Shown: piece after piece, positions 35,580 to 44,898 of the stretch
Layout of the letters: each line of letters opens with the position of its first letter
How positions within the stretch are numbered: the first letter of the stretch is position 1
Source: an uncultured Methanosarcinales archaeon
GTDB lineage: Archaea; Nanobdellota; Nanobdellia; Woesearchaeales; ARS49
Direction: 5' to 3'
DNA length: 64,000 nt
NCBI GenBank assembly: GCA_964637115.1
Contig: CAZWVL010000003.1
Coordinates: forward strand, 1-64,000
Position numbers and translations under genes: made by a program
The notes under the pieces: generated by a model
The model's database searches: none
What the model was told of the DNA's origin: nothing
What the model saw: only the letters and a program-made list of their open reading frames with translations

Positions 35580-35604
35580 AAGTATGACTCTTTCGCTCTT
35601 CTTT

Positions 35605-36711
35605 ATGTCTGAAAAGTTCTATTATATTGTCGCATTCGCACTGCTTCTGGCAGCCTGCAGCACGCCTCCCAGCACACCTGAAAAAAGCACCATGGCTATA
35701 GGATTTATCGGCCCGCTTACCGGCGACGCAGCTGTTTTCGGAATTGCAGAGAGAAACATCATTGAATTAGCAGTTGAAGAAATTAATTCAGCAGGCGGAA
35801 TCAACGGCACCCTTCTTAACGTAATTTATGAGGACGGAAAATGCACTGAAAAGGATGCCGTCACAGCCGCGCATAAGCTAATTGAAATAGACAACGTGCC
35901 GATTATTCTTGCATTCTGTTCAGCTGAAACCATACCTATCATTCCGCTTACAGAACCAAAAGGTATCATCGTATTTACTTCCTCTACAAATCCAGCAGTG
36001 TCAGAAATGGGCGAGAGTGTTTTCAGAAACTCATATTCCGACACGGATACGGCGCGCGCCGCTGCTGAAACAATCTACAGAAATTCTTCCAGCGTTGGTA
36101 TAATCTATGAACTCACCACATACCCCGTTGGACTCAAGGATGCTTTCACCAAAGAGTTCACTGCACTTGGCGGAACGGCATATGCAGAAGGATTCCCTCA
36201 GAATGACCACGATGTCAGAACACAGCTTACCAAACTTCTGGCAAAGAAACCAACGGCCATTTTTGTTGATCCAGACACACCCGCAACTGGAATTGCAGTA
36301 TTAGAACAGCTTTCTGACTTGCAATTCAATGGCACTATTTATGGGAATTATTTTGGAACAAGCAGCGATGTCATTCCACATCCTGAAGCAGAAGGACTTA
36401 TTTTCTTCGCAGACCCTGAGTTGCAAAATGACTCCAAAAAAAGTGAAGTCTTTGAGAAATACAAACAGCGCTATGGCACTGAGCCGCAATTCGAATACTA
36501 TGCAGCCACCATGTATGATTCGGTCTACATACTGAAAAAAGCCATAGAACACGCCGGCGAAAACGCCAGCAATGTTCGTGATTATCTATATGGCATGGAT
36601 AATTTTACTGGTCTATTAGGAACATATCATTTTGACAAAAACGGCGATGCAATCGGCATCCGTCCTGCGGTCAAACAGATAAGGAATAAACAGCTTATTC
36701 CCTACGGATAA
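35605..36711 (+). CDS. ABC branched-chain amino-acid substrate-binding lipoprotein (LivK-like)
   Basis: Lipobox LAAC; IGFIGPLTGDAA.FG; EEINSAGGINGT. Confidence 0.88.
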   Translation: MSEKFYYIVAFALLLAACSTPPSTPEKSTMAIGFIGPLTGDAAVFGIAERNIIELAVEEINSAGGINGTLLNVIYEDGKCTEKDAVTAAHKLIEIDNVPIILAFCSAETIPIIPLTEPKGIIVFTSSTNPAVSEMGESVFRNSYSDTDTARAAAETIYRNSSSVGIIYELTTYPVGLKDAFTKEFTALGGTAYAEGFPQNDHDVRTQLTKLLAKKPTAIFVDPDTPATGIAVLEQLSDLQFNGTIYGNYFGTSSDVIPHPEAEGLIFFADPELQNDSKKSEVFEKYKQRYGTEPQFEYYAATMYDSVYILKKAIEHAGENASNVRDYLYGMDNFTGLLGTYHFDKNGDAIGIRPAVKQIRNKQLIPYG

Positions 36712-36743
36712 GCTTTATATACGGTCCTTAATCGCTTTCTCCT

Positions 36744-38717
36744 ATGCCAAAAGAGACTTACTATATCACCACGCCGATATATTATCCAAATGCACCGCCG
36801 CATATCGGGACAGCATATACTGATATAATTGTAGATTTGTATGCAAGATGGCATTTTTTGCTTGGAGAAGATACTTTCTTTCTAACAGGAACAGATGAAC
36901 ACGGGCAAAAAATAGAGAAAACAGCAAAAGAAGCAGGCAAAACACCAAAACAATTTGTAGACGAAATGTCTGCCCACTTTGAAGAATTGTGCAAAAAATT
37001 GAACACATCCTATAATGAATTCATTAGAACAACTGACAAGAAACACGTCAAGACTGCAACGGAAATCTGGAATAAAGTATACGATAAAGGGCTGATCTAT
37101 AAGGGGTTATATTCAGGCCTGTACTGCACGGGCTGTGAGGCGTTCTACACTGAAAGAGATTTGGAAGGAGGGTTATGCCCCATACATCAAAAACCAGTTG
37201 AAACCCTGAGCGAGGAAAGCTATTTTTTCAAATTATCAGAATTTCAGCAACGCATAATTACCCATATTCAACAGCATCCTGATTTCATCCAGCCAGAATC
37301 ACGCAGAAACGAGATTCTAAACAGATTAAAAGAGCCGCTCAAAGATTTGAGCGTAAGCAGAACGTCATTCAAATGGGGAATACCAGTTCCACAAGACAAA
37401 AGCCACGTGATTTACGTATGGTTTGATGCGCTGATAAATTATCTCAGCGGAGTTTCATATCCCACGACAAAGTTCCAGAAGTACTGGCCGGCAAAATGCC
37501 ATGTCGTAGGGCGCGACATAACTTGGTTTCATTCCGTAATCTGGCCGGCCATATTATTTGCCGCAGATATACCGCCCCCCAAGACCATATTCAGCCACGG
37601 ATTTTTGACTGTCAACGGCCAAAAAATGTCAAAATCACTCGGTAACGTCATTGACCCGATACATGTTGTGGATACTTATGGAGCAGATCCATTACGCTAT
37701 GTACTGCTCAGAGACGTTCCTGCAGGCGAAGACGGCGACTTTTCAGAAGAAGCGCTTATACAACGGAACAACGGAGACCTCGCAGACGCTCTAGGCAATC
37801 TTTTGCAAAGAACATCAGTTTTAGTGCACAAAAACTTCCACGGCAACATTCCAGTGTGCGGGCAAGTGACCGACAAAGAAAAAGAACTTGAAACAGCAAT
37901 ACCTGATGTTGCAAAGCTGAATGAATTTCTGCAAAATTACAAATGGAATCACGCCGTTGAACAAATATGGAATTATGTCGGCAAGTGTAACAAATACGTT
38001 AACGACACAGAGCCCTGGAAACAAACAAACGATGCAAACAGGCTAGCCACAATATTGTACACGCTTGTTGAACACCTTCGCATAATTTCAATTCTTGTCT
38101 GGCCAATCATTCCTTCAAGCGCAGAAAAAATAGCTGTACAATTAGGACAAGAAATTGGCAAACTAAAAGACGCCAAATTCACGAAAAAGACAAAAGGAAT
38201 GCTCGCACAGCCGGAAATATTGTTCAAAAAATTAGAAAAGAAAGTAGAAGATCCTTTTTCAATATTGAACTTACGCGTGGCGCACATTGCAGAAGTTGTT
38301 CCACATCCAAATGCAGACAAATTATATGTTTTACAGCTGGATGTCGGAACTGACGAAAAAAGACAATTAGTTGCGGGAATGCGACCGTACTACACGCCAG
38401 AACAACTTAAAGGCAAACATATTGTTTTCATCTCAAATCTCAAGCCGGCAAACATCAGAGGAATGGAAAGCAATGGAATGATGCTGGCAGCAGAAAAAGA
38501 TGGGATAGTGAAGGTTCTTGAAGCGCCAGAAGCACACGCAGGAGACCAAGTCTTTGTAGAAGGAATAACACCAAAAACAGAACAAATCACCATTGAGGAC
38601 TTTCAGAAAATCAACTTGACAACTAAAAACAAAAATGCAGTATATAATAACAAACCTCTCAAAACGCACAAAGGCCCAGTTGTTGTAGACCAGCCGGACG
38701 GCGCCAAAATAAAATGA
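36744..38717 (+). CDS. metG: Methionyl-tRNA synthetase with C-terminal Trbp111-like tRNA-binding domain
   Basis: YYPNAPPHIGT (HIGH), GTDEHGQK, YVWFDAL.NY, KMSKS; C-terminal HPNADKLY...RQLVAG. Confidence 0.96.
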   Translation: MPKETYYITTPIYYPNAPPHIGTAYTDIIVDLYARWHFLLGEDTFFLTGTDEHGQKIEKTAKEAGKTPKQFVDEMSAHFEELCKKLNTSYNEFIRTTDKKHVKTATEIWNKVYDKGLIYKGLYSGLYCTGCEAFYTERDLEGGLCPIHQKPVETLSEESYFFKLSEFQQRIITHIQQHPDFIQPESRRNEILNRLKEPLKDLSVSRTSFKWGIPVPQDKSHVIYVWFDALINYLSGVSYPTTKFQKYWPAKCHVVGRDITWFHSVIWPAILFAADIPPPKTIFSHGFLTVNGQKMSKSLGNVIDPIHVVDTYGADPLRYVLLRDVPAGEDGDFSEEALIQRNNGDLADALGNLLQRTSVLVHKNFHGNIPVCGQVTDKEKELETAIPDVAKLNEFLQNYKWNHAVEQIWNYVGKCNKYVNDTEPWKQTNDANRLATILYTLVEHLRIISILVWPIIPSSAEKIAVQLGQEIGKLKDAKFTKKTKGMLAQPEILFKKLEKKVEDPFSILNLRVAHIAEVVPHPNADKLYVLQLDVGTDEKRQLVAGMRPYYTPEQLKGKHIVFISNLKPANIRGMESNGMMLAAEKDGIVKVLEAPEAHAGDQVFVEGITPKTEQITIEDFQKINLTTKNKNAVYNNKPLKTHKGPVVVDQPDGAKIK

Positions 38718-39250
38718 AGCTTGTAATAGGAATCATTCTCTTTCCATTCATGTGCATCTTGCTCAGCTTCTTTGTTCTAATTTCCGATACTTCTTTCACC
38801 TACCTATTATTAGACAATCCAGAAGCTGTTCAACCAACAAAACAGTTAACGCAGTATTTCTTTGGAAAAGTAGAAGTTCCGACAGTATTTTCATCAGATG
38901 AAAGAATGCATCTTGCAGATGTCAAACGACTAATATCATATGCGTATTACGTTCTCGAAATTCTTATTATAATTCTAGCGTATTGTATGCTTGAAAATTG
39001 GAGAAAAATCATTAAATGGGGAACAGGATTGCTCATTTTGCTGTTTTTAATGGCATTTTTAACGCCATTTGACAATTTTTTCACTTATTTCCATGAAATA
39101 TTCTTCCCACAAGGCAACTGGATGTTTGCGGCAGACAGCACAATGATAATGTTCTACCCGACGGCATTCTTCATGAATTATAGCATTGCAATTGCGATAC
39201 ACGCGTTAATTGTTGCAGGAATTTTCATAATCGTCTCAAGAAGGGGATGA
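38714..39250 (+). CDS. DUF1461/TIGR01906-like membrane protein
   Basis: E..HL.DVK.L and F..FH.IFFPQGNW.F..D..MI..YP..FF motifs. Confidence 0.75.
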   Translation: MKLVIGIILFPFMCILLSFFVLISDTSFTYLLLDNPEAVQPTKQLTQYFFGKVEVPTVFSSDERMHLADVKRLISYAYYVLEILIIILAYCMLENWRKIIKWGTGLLILLFLMAFLTPFDNFFTYFHEIFFPQGNWMFAADSTMIMFYPTAFFMNYSIAIAIHALIVAGIFIIVSRRG

Positions 39251-39362
39251 AACGACTTCTGCACCCAAGACTATATTTTTGACTACGTAAAAATTTAAAT
39301 ATGGTTTGAGTATCCGGGAATAGTAACAAACAGTATCCTACTAAAAACGGGGGTAGAAACCT

Positions 39363-40568
39363 ATGAACAAAATAGCAATCGTCGCACTTCTCGTAATCGT
39401 GCTTATTGGATGTGCTCCAGTAATGCCGGCGCGCAACCAAACGATGAACAAAACAGTTGAAAAACCAGTCGTGGAAAACAAAACAGTAGAAACAAACGTA
39501 ACTGTGCCTACAATTTCCACGAACGAAACAAAAATGGAAGAAAAGAAGCCGGTAGACACCAGAGACTTGCCGCGAAAGGAAGTAACTGAAGGCGACCTTG
39601 TCAGTTTCCCCAACCTCCGAGCAGTAGACCCAGATGGAGACCCTATCAAGTACACGTTCAGCGAGCCATTAGATGAAAAAGGAAAATGGCAGACAAAAGA
39701 AGGCGATGCAGGAGAAAAAGTAGTAACGATAACTGCATCAGATGGATCGAACACAGTATCTCAACAAGTATTGATTGTTATCAAGTCAAAGAACAGAGCA
39801 CCAGTAATAGAACTTGAACAACCAGTACAAGCAAAAGAAGGAGAAACACTTGTCCTCGAGCCAGCAATCACAGATCCAGAAGGCGACGAAGTAACGGTCG
39901 AGTATGCAGGCTGGATGAACAGCAGCACAAGAGAAGTAAGCCTTGATGATGCCGGAAACAAGAAAGTCATCATAACAGCAACAGACAGTAAAGGTGCAAG
40001 GACAGCTCTTGAAGTGATAATTGCAGTAGCAAAAACCAACCGTGCCCCAGAACTGGCAGACATTCCATCACAAACAATCAAGGAAGGCCAGAAAGTGGCT
40101 GTCAAGCCAAGCGCAAGAGATCCAGACGGCGACAGCATAACATACACCTTTGACTTCCCGCTAGACGAAAAAGGACAATGGGAATCAAAGATTGGAGATG
40201 CAGGAGACTATGAAGTCAAGGTAACTGCATCAGATGGAGAATCAAGCACAGAAAAAACTTTTGTGCTTACGGTACAAGCTGTAAACAAAGCGCCAGTCAT
40301 AGAGCTGGAAAGCCCAATTGAAGTCAACGAAGGCGAGATTATAACGCTTGAGCCGACAATCACTGACTCAGAAGGCGACGAAGTTCGCGTAACGTATTCA
40401 GGCTGGATGAACGCAAACACGAAAACAACCAGCTATGAAGACGAAGGCGAGCACATGGTAACTATAGTTGCACGTGACACGGCAGGCAATGAAGCCAAGC
40501 TTGAAGTCACTGTAAAGGTAGCAGACCAGAACAGACCGCCAATCTTTGGAGCAGGAAGCTTCAATTAA
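39363..40568 (+). CDS. Lipoprotein with four tandem cadherin/Ig-like repeats (ABAB)
   Basis: Lipobox LIGC; repeated DP(D/E)GD.. and N(R/K)AP motifs. Confidence 0.82.
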   Translation: MNKIAIVALLVIVLIGCAPVMPARNQTMNKTVEKPVVENKTVETNVTVPTISTNETKMEEKKPVDTRDLPRKEVTEGDLVSFPNLRAVDPDGDPIKYTFSEPLDEKGKWQTKEGDAGEKVVTITASDGSNTVSQQVLIVIKSKNRAPVIELEQPVQAKEGETLVLEPAITDPEGDEVTVEYAGWMNSSTREVSLDDAGNKKVIITATDSKGARTALEVIIAVAKTNRAPELADIPSQTIKEGQKVAVKPSARDPDGDSITYTFDFPLDEKGQWESKIGDAGDYEVKVTASDGESSTEKTFVLTVQAVNKAPVIELESPIEVNEGEIITLEPTITDSEGDEVRVTYSGWMNANTKTTSYEDEGEHMVTIVARDTAGNEAKLEVTVKVADQNRPPIFGAGSFN

Positions 40569-40569
40569 T

Positions 40570-40628
40570 CCGCGAAAATGCCGTGCATTTTCGGGACCAT
40601 CGGAAATTTTCAATTTCCGAGGTTTTTT
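40570..40628 (+). repeat. Doublet of tagged palindromes followed by a T-tract (REP-like and terminator-like)
   Basis: CGAAAATGC-cgt-GCATTTTCG (40573-40593), then CATCGGAAATT-ttc-AATTTCCGAG (40598-40621), then T7. Confidence 0.75.
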
Positions 40629-40702
40629 TATTTTATTTATTTGAATTCTTGGAAGAGAGATTATTGAATAAGATTTAAAAAAGGCAGACAAGAAGCAATA
40701 GC

Positions 40703-41239
40703 ATGTTCAATTTTGTACCTGGCGACCTGGAAGCAACACGCAAATTTCTTGCAGCACAACCTTCGAAGAATAATTCTTTCATATTGTTGAACGGTGAATA
40801 CCTTCTTACTCCCGAAGACAGAAAATTCTTCACGTGTGGAATCCATTATGTTTCTGCCATGGCGTGTCTTAGCAAAGACCGTAATTATGGTTTCTCATTC
40901 GGCATGTTTAGTCTACCTGAAAATGAAGAATTTCGAGGACTTGAAGAAGTTGTGCGCGGAGTAGACGTGCCTGCCGGATATGAATTGGTGCGTGTGGACA
41001 CGTCCAAAGACAGACCTGATAAAAGCACAGCAATAGTAGCCCATTACGGTCCCAAAAAACCAGTCAGCATTGATAATGTGCTAGCATTCGAATTTCATAT
41101 GCAATCCTTCTGCAATTACGCAGCTCAAGTACTGGAAGCAGCAATAAATTCCAGGGTTGAATGGCGTGTGCCAAGAAAAGACTTCTATTTCCTTGTCGGA
41201 AAACTTTCAATCTGGAATCCTGACAGCAAGGAGAAGTAA
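40703..41239 (+). CDS. Hypothetical protein
   Basis: 178-aa ORF; no recognised motif. Confidence 0.65.
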   Translation: MFNFVPGDLEATRKFLAAQPSKNNSFILLNGEYLLTPEDRKFFTCGIHYVSAMACLSKDRNYGFSFGMFSLPENEEFRGLEEVVRGVDVPAGYELVRVDTSKDRPDKSTAIVAHYGPKKPVSIDNVLAFEFHMQSFCNYAAQVLEAAINSRVEWRVPRKDFYFLVGKLSIWNPDSKEK

Positions 41240-41335
41240 ACGCTAGTATGCAATGTCTCAAGTCTTAATATTGTTACTACTGCTAAGTAATTAAAAATAG
41301 AAAGTTTTATAAAGCTGGATGCTTGTTTATCGTAT

Positions 41336-42097
41336 ATGAAACGTCAATTCATACTTGTCATGGTTGTACTGTTGCTTATCGTCCAAGCTGTACACGCTTA
41401 TGGTTTAGCACAATATCCCTGGATATTCGCAGACAAAGGCGCATTTGATGTTTATTTTGTCATCGGCGAACATGCACCGGCACTGGATGTCGTAAGCGCA
41501 ACTGAACTATCAAGCGCACTATCAAAATATCCTAAAATCAAGCAGCAAATAGGATCTGCGGTTCTTGACACAGAAATATCTAATATAGAAATGACAAATG
41601 CGATAGTAATCGGAAGCCCCTGTGAAAACAAAGTTGCAGCAGAACTCGAAGGCAATCCTTCGCAATGCGATGAAGGCTTAGAGGCAGGAAAAGGATATGT
41701 TAAATTCTTTGAAGATAGACGACGCGAATTCCAGCAAGGAGAAAAACACTACAACCAAATACTCATTACAGGCAAAACAGCAGAAGACAGACATAAAGCA
41801 GCAGTCTGGCTCGCCAACAAGCCAGACACCTGGTTCAGCAGCGAACACATTGTGATGGTTGAGAGAAAATTACCTAAAGAAAAACCAAAAGAAAAACAAA
41901 ACACGCCCGTATCCGCAACTTACGAAACGTGGAAAAAGCAGGAAGAAACGATAGCAACCAAGCCTGTTGAGAAGCAGCCGGATATGACTCAACAGCCAGT
42001 CGAGAAAACCGTATTAAAAACATATGAATTCAGCACGCCAAAAAAAGAAATCCTCGTCGTTAGAATGATGAGGAAATTCATTGACTTCTTCAACTAG
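41336..42097 (+). CDS. Secreted S-layer-family domain protein
   Basis: Signal peptide; V.G..A.A.DV..A..L, LD.EI, IVIGSPCENK, ILITG..A.D motifs. Confidence 0.72.
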   Translation: MKRQFILVMVVLLLIVQAVHAYGLAQYPWIFADKGAFDVYFVIGEHAPALDVVSATELSSALSKYPKIKQQIGSAVLDTEISNIEMTNAIVIGSPCENKVAAELEGNPSQCDEGLEAGKGYVKFFEDRRREFQQGEKHYNQILITGKTAEDRHKAAVWLANKPDTWFSSEHIVMVERKLPKEKPKEKQNTPVSATYETWKKQEETIATKPVEKQPDMTQQPVEKTVLKTYEFSTPKKEILVVRMMRKFIDFFN

Positions 42098-42749
42098 AAT
42101 TTTTTGCACTTATTCCCAAACTCTTAAGTTTTCTATGCAGCGTTTCAAACCTTAATCCAATTTTTCTCGCAGTCTTAGAAATATTACCATCATTTTCTGT
42201 CAAAGCCTTAGTGAAATATCTCGTTTCAAACTCCTTTTCAGCTTCTTTCAGGGTTTTTGGAGTTTCAGGCAATTCCTTGGTGATGTTTTTTGACAAAGAA
42301 GGAGCCTGCTTGTACAACGCTTCGTACTTTCTCGGATTCAATGAAGTCTTGTAGTGTTCCAAAGATTCCTGAATAATGTCCTGCACTGCCAACTGCTTTA
42401 CATACTCGCCTTTCTGCAAAATTTCCCTGAACTTCTGCACTTCAATCTTCATCTCTGCAACAATCCTGTGAATGCTTCTTCTATCTACAAATGCAATTTT
42501 TGCAACTTCTGCGACATTGCCAAAGTTCAATTGCAGCAGATGTGCAACATACTCTCTTTTGAATTTCTTTTTTGCATCCTTGAATTTCAATCTTGTGTCA
42601 ACCTCAAATTCCAATAAAGAAGATTTTTTCAGCCTGTCAGAAATGTCAGTTTCAAGCTCGCTGACTGTAATGCCGAGGTTTTTCTGCATAGCTTCCTCTA
42701 GCATGGGCTTGACTTTGCTTTCAATAAGCCTCTCTAATTCACCCGCCAT
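42090..42749 (-). CDS. Protein with two Fis-type HTH domains
   Basis: FKREYV..LL....GNV.EVAKIA.VDRRSIHR and FETRYF..AL....GNISKTARKIGLR.ETLHRKLK. Confidence 0.78.
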   Translation of the reverse strand: MAGELERLIESKVKPMLEEAMQKNLGITVSELETDISDRLKKSSLLEFEVDTRLKFKDAKKKFKREYVAHLLQLNFGNVAEVAKIAFVDRRSIHRIVAEMKIEVQKFREILQKGEYVKQLAVQDIIQESLEHYKTSLNPRKYEALYKQAPSLSKNITKELPETPKTLKEAEKEFETRYFTKALTENDGNISKTARKIGLRFETLHRKLKSLGISAKNSS

Positions 42750-42829
42750 ATGCCTTTTTTGTCATACTTTCTAGTATATAAATCTTATGATTTAAATGTC
42801 GTAGTTTTTGTGATGGGGTAGAATACGAA

Positions 42830-42901
42830 CGGGCCGTGTGGGATTTGAACCCACGACCACCCGATTAAGAGTCGGGTGCTCTACCGCTGAGCTAACGGCC
42901 C
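42830..42901 (-). tRNA. tRNA-Lys(CUU), intronless, no encoded CCA
   Basis: GGGCCGT-TA-GCTC-AGCGGTA-GAGC-A-CCCGA-CT-CTT-AA-TCGGG-TGGTC-GTGGG-TTCAAAT-CCCAC-ACGGCCC-G; all stems pair. Confidence 0.97.
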
Positions 42902-43001
42902 ATAGATTGCGGTATTAATAACTCGTTTAAAAAACATTCGTCGCAGGTACGGCTATCAGTACACAAACCTTATTACTGCCAAAAAGCACATAGTACAAAG
43001 G

Positions 43002-43018
43002 CATCGGCATAAGCCGAT
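43002..43018 (+). repeat. Short CATC-led hairpin (weak member of the palindrome family)
   Basis: CATCGGC-ataa-GCCGAT. Confidence 0.35.
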
Positions 43019-43041
43019 TCGCTAAAAGAGGTGATAATTAA

Positions 43042-43272
43042 ATGGCAAAAGATATGTCAATGCAATGCAGTCCTAAGTGCATTATCTTGGGATTAATAGC
43101 AGCAGCATTAGCAGCAGGAGGATTATGGATGATCGTAGCTGCAATAATGAAACAGTGGTCCGGCATGATGCCGTGGACAAACGTCTTCCTGTGGTATTTC
43201 GGCGGATTCATACTTTTCAGCATTGGAAAGATGATGAAGATGAAATGCTGCAATTTCTGCAAGATGGCGTAA
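43042..43272 (+). CDS. Small two-TM Cys-containing membrane protein
   Basis: GAGGTGA SD; two hydrophobic segments; terminal Cys residues. Confidence 0.7.
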   Translation: MAKDMSMQCSPKCIILGLIAAALAAGGLWMIVAAIMKQWSGMMPWTNVFLWYFGGFILFSIGKMMKMKCCNFCKMA

Positions 43273-43399
43273 GCCAGTGCAGATTTTTTTATTTTTTTTA
43301 AGTTTTAGATTTACTGATGTTCTAAATATTTAGATGAATAATGGTTTGAACTGGAAGAGAAGGTGAAGAATTTTATATGAGTCCGCTTTCCTTCAGTTC

Positions 43400-43609
43400 A
43401 TGAACCTCAAAAGAATAACAGCGTATGTTTTGCTTATTTTAGGATTTGTTGCAATCATCTTTCAAAGCGGGTTTGGTTGTCTGACAATGTGGCTGGGCAG
43501 ACCACATACGTATCTCGAGAGGTTAAGCATACCGTGCATAACCATCTCGGTGATAATCGGATTAGCGCTGATGTTTATAGGAACAACCATGCTTAAGAAA
43601 TCTACGTGA
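43400..43609 (+). CDS. Small two-TM membrane protein
   Basis: Two hydrophobic segments. Confidence 0.55.
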   Translation: MNLKRITAYVLLILGFVAIIFQSGFGCLTMWLGRPHTYLERLSIPCITISVIIGLALMFIGTTMLKKST

Positions 43610-43765
43610 TCAAGCATTCAATAATCCCTACCTTTCAGGATGGTCGATTCCAGCGTAACCTTTATAAATACCCTCTTCTTGGAAAATAATTGAGTGAGAA
43701 AAGGGAAAACACAAACAAAATACGTTTTTCTCACCTAATAATCCCAGTTAAGGGTGAAGGGGCAG

Positions 43766-44122
43766 ATGAAGGGTTTAAAACCATTATTACCGACATTAAA
43801 GGAAAAGAAGCGGTATTTAGCGTTTGAAATCATCTCAAAAAGCAAAATAAAGGCTTTTTCAGAGGTTTCCAAGGCAATATGGAACGCAACGCTATCTTTT
43901 GCAGGTACGAAAGGAGCTGCGAAGATGGGAATCTGGGTGTTTCCAGAGAAATACAACATGACAAAACAACGCGGATTAATCAGGGTAGAGCACAGAAGTT
44001 TAGATGAGATGAAAGCATCACTAACACTCATAAAAGAGATAGAAGAACAGCCAGTGGTTGTGCGCTCAATAGGCGCTTCAGGCATCATGGCAAAAGCAGA
44101 ACAAAAATATGTAGCGGGATAG
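43766..44122 (+). CDS. rnp2: RNase P protein component 2 (Pop5/Rpp14)
   Basis: PTLKEKKRYLAFEI ... G..G.AK ... G.IRV ... SG...KA. Confidence 0.9.
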   Translation: MKGLKPLLPTLKEKKRYLAFEIISKSKIKAFSEVSKAIWNATLSFAGTKGAAKMGIWVFPEKYNMTKQRGLIRVEHRSLDEMKASLTLIKEIEEQPVVVRSIGASGIMAKAEQKYVAG

Positions 44123-44134
44123 GAGGGACAAAAA

Positions 44135-44893
44135 ATGGTGAAACGAGACGATGATATGGGCGGACAACCAATGCCTCATCAACTTATGGGGTATGACAGA
44201 GCAATTACGATGTTTTCGCCAGACGGCAGACTCTTACAAGTTGAATACGCAAAAAAAACAGTCAGACAAGGAAGCACAGCCATAGGAATGGTATGCTCAG
44301 ATGGTGTATTGCTGGTAGCAGACAAAAGAATTATTGACAAGCTCGTCATTCCAGAAAGCGTTGAAAAAATATTCCAGATAGACGACCACATTGCAGCAAC
44401 AGCTTCAGGAATTCTTTCAGATGCAAGAGTGCTGATAGAAAGAGCACAAGTAAAAGCGCAGCAGCATAAAGTGACGTATGACACATCGATTGATACAGTA
44501 AGCGTGGTAAAGGACATCTGCGCACTAAAACAAATCTGCACGCAATCAGGCGGCTTAAGACCATTCGGCGTTTCTATAATATTGGCAGGAATAGACTCGG
44601 ATGGTCCGAAACTCTTTGAGACAGACCCGACTGGCATTTATTTCCAATTCAGAGCTACAGTAATAGGAGAAGGAGAAACAGAAATTGAAGAAGTTCTGGA
44701 CAAAGAATTCAACGATAAAATGACGATAGAGGAAGGCTTGAAGCTGGCAGTGGATGCTCTCAACAAAATACTCGACAAAAACTTCAACGTTGATAGAGTT
44801 GATGCAGCATACATCACAACTGCAGAAAAGAAGTTTGTCAAAGTCAAGAAAGACAAGCTCGAAAAAATCCTCAAAGAAGTCAAGAAGAAGTAA
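44135..44893 (+). CDS. psmA: Proteasome subunit alpha
   Basis: YDRAITMFSPDGRLLQVEYA, RPFGVS, ETDPTG. Confidence 0.97.
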   Translation: MVKRDDDMGGQPMPHQLMGYDRAITMFSPDGRLLQVEYAKKTVRQGSTAIGMVCSDGVLLVADKRIIDKLVIPESVEKIFQIDDHIAATASGILSDARVLIERAQVKAQQHKVTYDTSIDTVSVVKDICALKQICTQSGGLRPFGVSIILAGIDSDGPKLFETDPTGIYFQFRATVIGEGETEIEEVLDKEFNDKMTIEEGLKLAVDALNKILDKNFNVDRVDAAYITTAEKKFVKVKKDKLEKILKEVKKK

Positions 44894-44898
44894 AAATT

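Noticed and set aside
43694-43734. 9-bp stem GTGAGAAAA/TTTTCTCAC upstream of rnp2
   Set aside because: Large unstructured loop, single copy, no tag or family resemblance
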